NCBI GenBank assembly: GCA_024275415.1
Contig: JAJRZD010000053.1
Span: 28,920 to 60,919 of the forward strand
Direction of reading: 5' to 3'
From: an archaeon
Lineage (GTDB): Archaea > Asgardarchaeota > Thorarchaeia > Thorarchaeales > Thorarchaeaceae
Length of the DNA stretch: 32,000 bases
Positions within the stretch are counted from its first letter, which is position 1, and each line of letters opens with the position of its first letter. A program made the position numbers and the translations under genes. Positions 26,440 to 32,000 of the stretch are shown piece by piece. Under the pieces are notes generated by a model, which saw nothing but the letters and a program-made list of their open reading frames with translations, ran no database searches and was not told the DNA's origin.

Positions 26440-27957
26440 ATGACACTCTACGAGAGGATATGTCGTATCTGTGAGAGAACACGGCTGCATAAGGTTTCGA
26501 ACAAATACAAGGATCGTGACCTGAACAAGGCGGTCGTCTTCCTTTCACCTATGATGAAACTGACCCCTCAAGGTGTAGTGTCTGCATCTTACTGCCTCTC
26601 ATTACTGGTCTTTGTCATCTTGACATCACTATTGCATGTCTGGGGTCTCTCACTCCCAGTCCTTTTCTTGCTCTCGCTTATCGCAGCCCTTCTTACCTAT
26701 TTCATCATTCTCAATTTTCCCATTTCAACCATGGAATCTTATAGGGTCGGTCTCTCGGAGGAAGCAGACCTTGTGTTTGAGCAGTTCGTTCTTGTGTTCC
26801 AATCAGGAGGGACTATATTCGATGCTATTGAGATGGTGGCGAACTCGGACCACCCCATCCTTTCAGAGAAGTTCCAAGAAATACTGTCTAAGGTGAACTC
26901 GGGAATCTCTCCCGAGGAGTGCATCTCTGATTTTGCAGCAAACCAGCCTTCTGCTGATCTCCGGCGCTACCTTCTTAGTATCCTTTCTTCGTTGGAACAG
27001 AGGACCGATTTGCTGGATTGGATTGCTGGCGAGTCTTTCGAGGCTGATACTTCATTACGCCAGAGAAACCTTGAGATTGAGAGTCGCCTCCTGATTGTGG
27101 CTGCACTTGTCACCTATCTCCCGATAATGCTGACCCTTGCATTGTCTCTGGCCGGTCATGCGACCAACCTTGGGATTATCCTGATTGTCCCCATTTTTAT
27201 TCTTCTCAACTCATTGCTACGTTCTAGGTTCACGCGGTCATTTTCTGCTTATTTCGACCGTCCCCAATCGACAGGTCTTGCGACCCCTTCTCAAAGAGAC
27301 ATTATCAGGGAGTATGATGAATTCCTTAACTTCATGGTTCTCATCGGAGAACGCTTGCGGATGGGTGACACTCTTGAGGTTGCACTCCCCGAAGTGCGAG
27401 ATGATGTAGGCCCTGAGGTACAATCTATCATTGACCCTGCAATAGAGATGATTTACTGGAAAAACCAGAGCCTATCAGATGCAATGCAAACTGCCAGAGA
27501 TGCTGCTCTCGGTCAACGGGTTGCCAACCTCTTGGCAATGATCGAGAAGATGTGCATTGCGTCTGCTGTCGATGCTGGAGAACGAATCTCGCGCATAGCG
27601 TCCCGTCTGATCAAGCGGTCGGCCCTGGCCAAGGAACGAGAATCTATCATCGCTGCTCAGAGGCTCAAAGTATACGTGTTAAGCATCACCAGCTCGATGG
27701 TTCTTGGGCTACTCACATCACTGGCTCCGTTTCTCAGCATCGGCGAACTGTTGAGTGGTGGATTCACTGGAACATGGAACCCTCCTACACTTCTTGAGAT
27801 ATACCCTCTAGTTCTGGCATTAGCCCTCATCACGACATCCTCGGGTTACCAGAACGTCCGGATGGTGGATGGACGCCTCGCATCATTCTTTGCGTTCCTT
27901 TGCCTGTTGCTCTACCTCGTATCCTTTTTCATCTCCTCCTCAATAATGGGCTTCTGA
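26440..27957 (+). CDS. Type II secretion system F / TadB-TadC / ArlJ-like membrane platform protein with two T2SSF repeats
   Basis: Two repeats of the x-SG-x-x-x-x-A helical motif (FQSGGTIFDAIEMV..SGISPEE and LRMGDTLEVAL), each followed by TM pairs; GGGTGAG RBS. Confidence 0.75.
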   Translation: MTLYERICRICERTRLHKVSNKYKDRDLNKAVVFLSPMMKLTPQGVVSASYCLSLLVFVILTSLLHVWGLSLPVLFLLSLIAALLTYFIILNFPISTMESYRVGLSEEADLVFEQFVLVFQSGGTIFDAIEMVANSDHPILSEKFQEILSKVNSGISPEECISDFAANQPSADLRRYLLSILSSLEQRTDLLDWIAGESFEADTSLRQRNLEIESRLLIVAALVTYLPIMLTLALSLAGHATNLGIILIVPIFILLNSLLRSRFTRSFSAYFDRPQSTGLATPSQRDIIREYDEFLNFMVLIGERLRMGDTLEVALPEVRDDVGPEVQSIIDPAIEMIYWKNQSLSDAMQTARDAALGQRVANLLAMIEKMCIASAVDAGERISRIASRLIKRSALAKERESIIAAQRLKVYVLSITSSMVLGLLTSLAPFLSIGELLSGGFTGTWNPPTLLEIYPLVLALALITTSSGYQNVRMVDGRLASFFAFLCLLLYLVSFFISSSIMGF

Positions 27958-28022
27958 CTGTCGGGCAATAGTTTATAGGAGATGGTTCTATTGACTTCGA
28001 TAGAAAGCACGAGGTGTATAAG

Positions 28023-28691
28023 ATGCTTCAACTAGATTTAGGAGTTTTTGACTGGACCCTCGGCGAAATAATGGCGTTGTTTGCTAACCAATGGGTTGTG
28101 GGTGCGACTCTGATCATCACTGGCATCCTTGCAGCGTCTTGGCTGCTAGAGAACATCACTGACCCTATACCCTTGCTTGGCACGATCTTTGACATCATTG
28201 TTAAGATTGGCACCTTCGTTGGATTCTTTGTAGGAATCCTAGATGTGCTGGTCGGCTATGTCGTGTGGCAAACGCAACCTGGAGCTATTGCAGTTGCGGG
28301 TATTTTGATTCTAGCGGGATTTGCACTCATGATGCGTGTGCTTAGCAAGTTCCCACTAGCATTCATCTTTGCAGCAGCAGCTTCACTCTTTGTCACCTTC
28401 ACGATATATGGATTCCTGATTCAATACGTCAGTCTTCCTGTTGTCGGAGAATACATTGTTCAGATCACCTCATTGAAGTGGATGGCGGTCATTGGGATCA
28501 TCCTGTTCATCTTCTTCTATGGCCTTTTCGGACTTGCAGTTGGTTTGATTACTTTGATTGGCAAGATATTTTCATCAACCCCCATCCTTGTGATCATAGG
28601 ACTTGCTGCACTCGCAATAGGCGTCATCGTGATGGCTGCTCCAGGGCTATTGGGAATTGCCATCCCCTGGCCTGCCCCGACGGTTCCATAA
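28023..28691 (+). CDS. Hypothetical integral membrane protein (6-7 TM)
   Basis: Almost entirely hydrophobic; GAGGTG RBS 28011-28016 favours ATG 28023 over GTG 28014. Confidence 0.75.
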   Translation: MLQLDLGVFDWTLGEIMALFANQWVVGATLIITGILAASWLLENITDPIPLLGTIFDIIVKIGTFVGFFVGILDVLVGYVVWQTQPGAIAVAGILILAGFALMMRVLSKFPLAFIFAAAASLFVTFTIYGFLIQYVSLPVVGEYIVQITSLKWMAVIGIILFIFFYGLFGLAVGLITLIGKIFSSTPILVIIGLAALAIGVIVMAAPGLLGIAIPWPAPTVP

Positions 28692-28695
28692 CATC

Positions 28696-28729
28696 GAGGG
28701 GCATCGCCCCTCACAGCTTCTTTTTTTTT
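28696..28729 (+). terminator. GC-rich hairpin plus T9 tract between convergent genes
   Basis: GAGGGGC-ATC-GCCCCTC 28696-28712, then TTTTTTTTT 28721-28729, 4 nt after the stop at 28691. Confidence 0.65.
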
Positions 28730-28737
28730 CAAATTCA

Positions 28738-28971
28738 CTAGCACAGTGGTTTCCGTAATTCCCTGAAAAAGAGGAACTTGATTCCTTTATCGTTGTAAAA
28801 TTTAGCTGCAACATCCATCTCATCACGGGCGCCCGCTATTTCATCATACCATTTCGTAACATAGAGTGTCTTCCCACTTGGATGTTCGTATCCGTCGCAG
28901 GAGGCAAATCCTTCCACCACAGCTATCCCATCTGGTACCAGAATCGCGACCCTGAACGTCTTACCTTTCAT
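28738..28971 (-). CDS. Small hypothetical protein (77 aa)
   Basis: 3-prime part of the 28738-29115 ORF; minus-strand TTATAAG at 29020-29014 supports ATG 28971; protein-like composition. Confidence 0.55.
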   Translation of the reverse strand: MKGKTFRVAILVPDGIAVVEGFASCDGYEHPSGKTLYVTKWYDEIAGARDEMDVAAKFYNDKGIKFLFFRELRKPLC

Positions 28972-29120
28972 TTCCAGCCATAATTCACAGTGTGTCAAGA
29001 GATCAAACCCATTCTTATAATTGGAAAAAAGCGTGATTAATCTTGTTACTGAGGATAGAATTCCTTTCTCTACACTAATCCCCAGACCTACCAATACATC
29101 GTGTATCAAACACATGGCAT

Positions 29121-29357
29121 CTAGTCCAAATAACCAAGCGCTTTCAGGCGATCCTTCACCTTCTTCTGGTCTTCCTCGAGAGACTGACCCCCTGAATTCC
29201 CTTCAGTCCCAGCCACAATCTCTCGAAGGATATAGGTAACATAGCTGGACACAGATGTGAAGCCTGTATCAGCTATGTGTTCTTCGATTTTCCTGAAGAG
29301 TGGGATTGGAATCGAAACGGTCGTGAATCGTCCTTTTCGTTTTTTTGTCTTGGACAT
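29121..29357 (-). CDS. CopG/ribbon-helix-helix protein with C-terminal RLKALGYLD tail
   Basis: FTTVSIPIPLFRKI..GFTSVSSYVTYILRE RHH pattern. Start moved from 29465 to ATG 29357. Confidence 0.85.
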   Translation of the reverse strand: MSKTKKRKGRFTTVSIPIPLFRKIEEHIADTGFTSVSSYVTYILREIVAGTEGNSGGQSLEEDQKKVKDRLKALGYLD

Positions 29358-29382
29358 TTGGTCACCAAACTGTTCAATACTG

Positions 29383-29904
29383 CTACAGATATCCAAGCTC
29401 CTTTGCCTTTTGAATAATCTTATTGACAGATTCCTCCACGGTTTCCTTGTCTGTTTCAACAACAAGGTCGGGATCTAGGGGTTCCTCGTAGGGATCGTCA
29501 ATTCCAGTGAATTGCTTGATTTCCCCAGCAAGTGCCTTCTTGTATAATCCCTTTGGGTCTCGCTCTATGCATACCTCAATCGGAGCTTTCACGAACACCT
29601 CCATTGTGTTATGGATTTCTTTCTTTGCAAAGGCTCGGGTTTCTCTATAGGGCGAAATCAATGCAACGACGACAATCACCCCATTTCGAGCCAGAAGCTT
29701 TGAACAGAATATGACACGCCTATTGTGCTGATTCCTGTCATCCTTCGAGAATCCGAGGTCGCTGCTCAGACCCTTTCGTATTTCATCACCATCCATTATC
29801 TCAATGTGACGGTTTTCTTGGAAATATTCTCTTAGTTTCGTTGCTATCGTAGTCTTTCCTGAGCCTGATAGCCCAGTCAACCATATACAGAATCCATTGT
29901 TCAT
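29383..29904 (-). CDS. cysC: Adenylyl-sulfate (APS) kinase
   Basis: WLTGLSGSGKTT, DGDEIR, LGFSKDDR, RDPKGLYKKA, FTGIDDPYEEP. Confidence 0.96.
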   Translation of the reverse strand: MNNGFCIWLTGLSGSGKTTIATKLREYFQENRHIEIMDGDEIRKGLSSDLGFSKDDRNQHNRRVIFCSKLLARNGVIVVVALISPYRETRAFAKKEIHNTMEVFVKAPIEVCIERDPKGLYKKALAGEIKQFTGIDDPYEEPLDPDLVVETDKETVEESVNKIIQKAKELGYL

Positions 29905-29910
29905 TGTTAT

Positions 29911-31299
29911 CTAACTCCTTATCGGTGTCCCTGTCATGTATGCAGGGATTTCTATGTCCATGTGCGAGAGGATTGTTGGTGCAATATCTAGGATTGAACC
30001 TGCAACCCGTCTACTGGTCGTGCCCTTTGGTGGTGTGACAACATAGATGCCATACCAATCGTGGACAGCATCATCAGGGCCCATGCCGTTCTCATAAAAA
30101 TAGAGTGATTCGTGACCCATCATACTTGATGCTCGCCAGTGCAGGTCATCAAGGTAAAGCATCAGGTCAGGGAAGTCACCCGTGCATTCCTCATAGACAT
30201 CCTCAGGTCTATCGACGATGATCATCCACTCTTCGCCATTTGGTCCCTTTAGTTCCTTTAGATCTTTGACGAGCCTACTGCGAAGAGGTTCGTATTCTTC
30301 TGGAGTCACACATCCGTTTCTTTCATACCCTTCAATGTTGATGAAGATCCGCGAATAATAACCACCCCACGCCCATACCTTGGTCCGCTTCCAGTCAATC
30401 TCCAGGTCCTCAAATGGGGTGGGACTATCAGGTTCCTTTAGGAGGTGCAACAGGCCCTTTTCTTGAAGCCACTGGTTGATACAAAATGCACCCTTACGAC
30501 CTTTAGCCCCATGGTCGGAAGCCAAGATGAACATGCAGTCCTCTGGGATCACATCAAGAATCTCCCCAAGATTCCGGTCTAGGAGCTTGTAGTAATCGAC
30601 GAATGCATCACGAAACTCATTGTCTTCCTCATAGAGCGGATGGTTCCTATCGAAGTACTTCCAGAACCCGTGGTGCAATCGATCGGGTCCCACCTCCATT
30701 ACGATGAACAAGTCCCAGGGCCTTGTATCAAGAAGATGCATCACTAGTTTATGTCGTTTCACAGACATGTCGTATAGGTCTGCAATCAGGGTGGCCTTCG
30801 CTTCAGTCCTGTAGAAGACATCGAGCTTATAATCGCCAACAATGCTGGTAATCTCATTTGAGAATGATGTCGGAAAGGTGTAGGGATAGCTCGTATCAGG
30901 AGCAAGAAACCCCGACACGAGAATACCGTTGACCTCCTGAGGGGGGTATGTTGGTGGCACTCCAATTATGATGGAATAGCCTCCTGCCTCGCCAACAAGA
31001 TCCCACACCTTTGGATACTTGATGGAAGTCGAATCAGGTATCCAGATTTCTTTGTAATCTCCCGGATGCCGATGCCTGAACCCATACATGCCTAGCTGAC
31101 CCGGGTCACAGCCAGTCATCATTGACATCCATGCAGGCACGGTGATCGGGGGCTTTGTGCTCTGTAACGGACCATAGATGCTTGACTGAAGTAGCTCCTT
31201 TAGGTTTGGCATCTCATCCAGAAGCTCGTCAAACACGATACTTGGAGGGACACCATCCCAGCCTAGCACAACGGTTCGTTTCTTGTTCATTACGCTCAC
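29911..31299 (-). CDS. Alkaline-phosphatase superfamily protein, type I phosphodiesterase/NPP-like (COG3379)
   Basis: GWDG, PPITVPAW (Thr nucleophile), PDRLHH, SDHG, AVH; GTG start overlaps the sat stop (GTGA). Confidence 0.88.
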   Translation of the reverse strand: MSVMNKKRTVVLGWDGVPPSIVFDELLDEMPNLKELLQSSIYGPLQSTKPPITVPAWMSMMTGCDPGQLGMYGFRHRHPGDYKEIWIPDSTSIKYPKVWDLVGEAGGYSIIIGVPPTYPPQEVNGILVSGFLAPDTSYPYTFPTSFSNEITSIVGDYKLDVFYRTEAKATLIADLYDMSVKRHKLVMHLLDTRPWDLFIVMEVGPDRLHHGFWKYFDRNHPLYEEDNEFRDAFVDYYKLLDRNLGEILDVIPEDCMFILASDHGAKGRKGAFCINQWLQEKGLLHLLKEPDSPTPFEDLEIDWKRTKVWAWGGYYSRIFINIEGYERNGCVTPEEYEPLRSRLVKDLKELKGPNGEEWMIIVDRPEDVYEECTGDFPDLMLYLDDLHWRASSMMGHESLYFYENGMGPDDAVHDWYGIYVVTPPKGTTSRRVAGSILDIAPTILSHMDIEIPAYMTGTPIRS

Positions 31300-32000
31300 T
31301 CGACGAATGGGTTATCGAAGCTAAGGATAGACTCTGCGACTTCGGGTCGCATCATGTCAGACGGAGGAACTTGCCCGTCTTGAAGCATGGCACGGATCCT
31401 TCTTCCAGCGAAATTCACGATATTGTCGCCAGAGTGCGGACAGACCTTGTCATTCGATATGCTGTTGCACTTCTTGCAGAAGAAGAACGAACGGAAGAAG
31501 ATGGGTGTGATCTTCAGGTCTGGGTATTCATCGAAGATGGCATGCGCATCGAACGGGCCATAGTAGTCCCCGACGCCTGCGTGATCACGCCCAACTATGA
31601 AATGGGTGCATCCGAAGTTCTGACGCATTATCGCATGATGCACCGCTTCCTTTGGACCACCATACCGCATTTCTGTGTGCAGGACGGACATATGGGCATG
31701 TGCTTCGGGGTAGTAGTTCTTCATCAATACCTTGTATGACTCGAGGATGACTTCATCCCTGAAGTCACCGGCCTTCTTCTTACCTATGAGCGGATTGATG
31801 AAGAGACCGTCTACAATTGAGAGAGCAGTCTTCTGGACATACTCGTGTCCTAAGTGTGGGGTGTTTCTGGTCTGAAAGGCGACTACTGTTTTCCAGCCTT
31901 TCTCCTCAAAGAGTGCTCGGGTTTGTTTCGGTGAAAGTGTATGTTCCGGATAGGGATTGCCTATGTCATTAAGCAGCGTGACCTTTCCACCAATCAGATA
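31296..32000 (-). CDS. sat: Sulfate adenylyltransferase (ATP sulfurylase), 3-prime part; start lies outside the window
   Basis: Frame is open to base 32000 (YLIGGKVTLL..); AFQTRNTPHLGHEY, MRYGGPKEA, VGRDHAGVG, MMRPEV. Confidence 0.96.
   Translation of the reverse strand, partial: YLIGGKVTLLNDIGNPYPEHTLSPKQTRALFEEKGWKTVVAFQTRNTPHLGHEYVQKTALSIVDGLFINPLIGKKKAGDFRDEVILESYKVLMKNYYPEAHAHMSVLHTEMRYGGPKEAVHHAIMRQNFGCTHFIVGRDHAGVGDYYGPFDAHAIFDEYPDLKITPIFFRSFFFCKKCNSISNDKVCPHSGDNIVNFAGRRIRAMLQDGQVPPSDMMRPEVAESILSFDNPFVE

Noticed and set aside
31155-31739. 194-aa plus-strand ORF
   Set aside because: Antisense shadow of sat and the AlkP gene
1-32000. Selenoprotein (in-frame UGA) or programmed frameshift
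   Set aside because: The recognisable proteins are complete at their TGA stops and I saw no split gene or convincing SECIS; a systematic read-through search was not possible
1-32000. tRNA, rRNA, CRISPR array, IS element or provirus
   Set aside because: No T-loop GTTCRANTC in a cloverleaf context, no regularly spaced repeats, and no transposase, integrase or capsid motifs found by eye

Overview
Gene-dense archaeal chromosomal window with about 34 CDS. I found no rRNA, tRNA, CRISPR array or transposase. A Rab-like small GTPase, C-terminally anchored surface proteins rich in N-glycosylation sequons, EndoQ, NreA and the archaea-specific COG1202 helicase point to an Asgard archaeon, probably Thorarchaeia (inference from gene content only). 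Recognisable genes: cupin, HAD-IIA phosphatase, Rab-like GTPase, family-5 solute-binding protein, HerA/DUF87 ATPase, MFS and DASS transporters, COG1202 helicase, beta-CASP nuclease, MDR dehydrogenase, EndoQ, two HTH regulators, NreA, a T2SSF/TadC-like platform protein and a sat - AlkP(COG3379) - cysC - CopG sulfate-activation operon cut by the window end. Best leads: (1) the solute-binding protein is circularly permuted; (2) the PAPS operon, where the RLxALGYL tail common on AlkP/sulfatase enzymes is missing from the enzyme but present on the co-encoded CopG protein; (3) a perfect 10-bp inverted repeat around the TATA box of a membrane-anchored wHTH regulator; (4) two unknown genes coupled to the helicase; (5) an unexplained 620-bp hairpin-rich gap. 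All family calls come from motif recognition by eye, not database searches. Several starts were moved from the ORF track using RBS and TATA positions.
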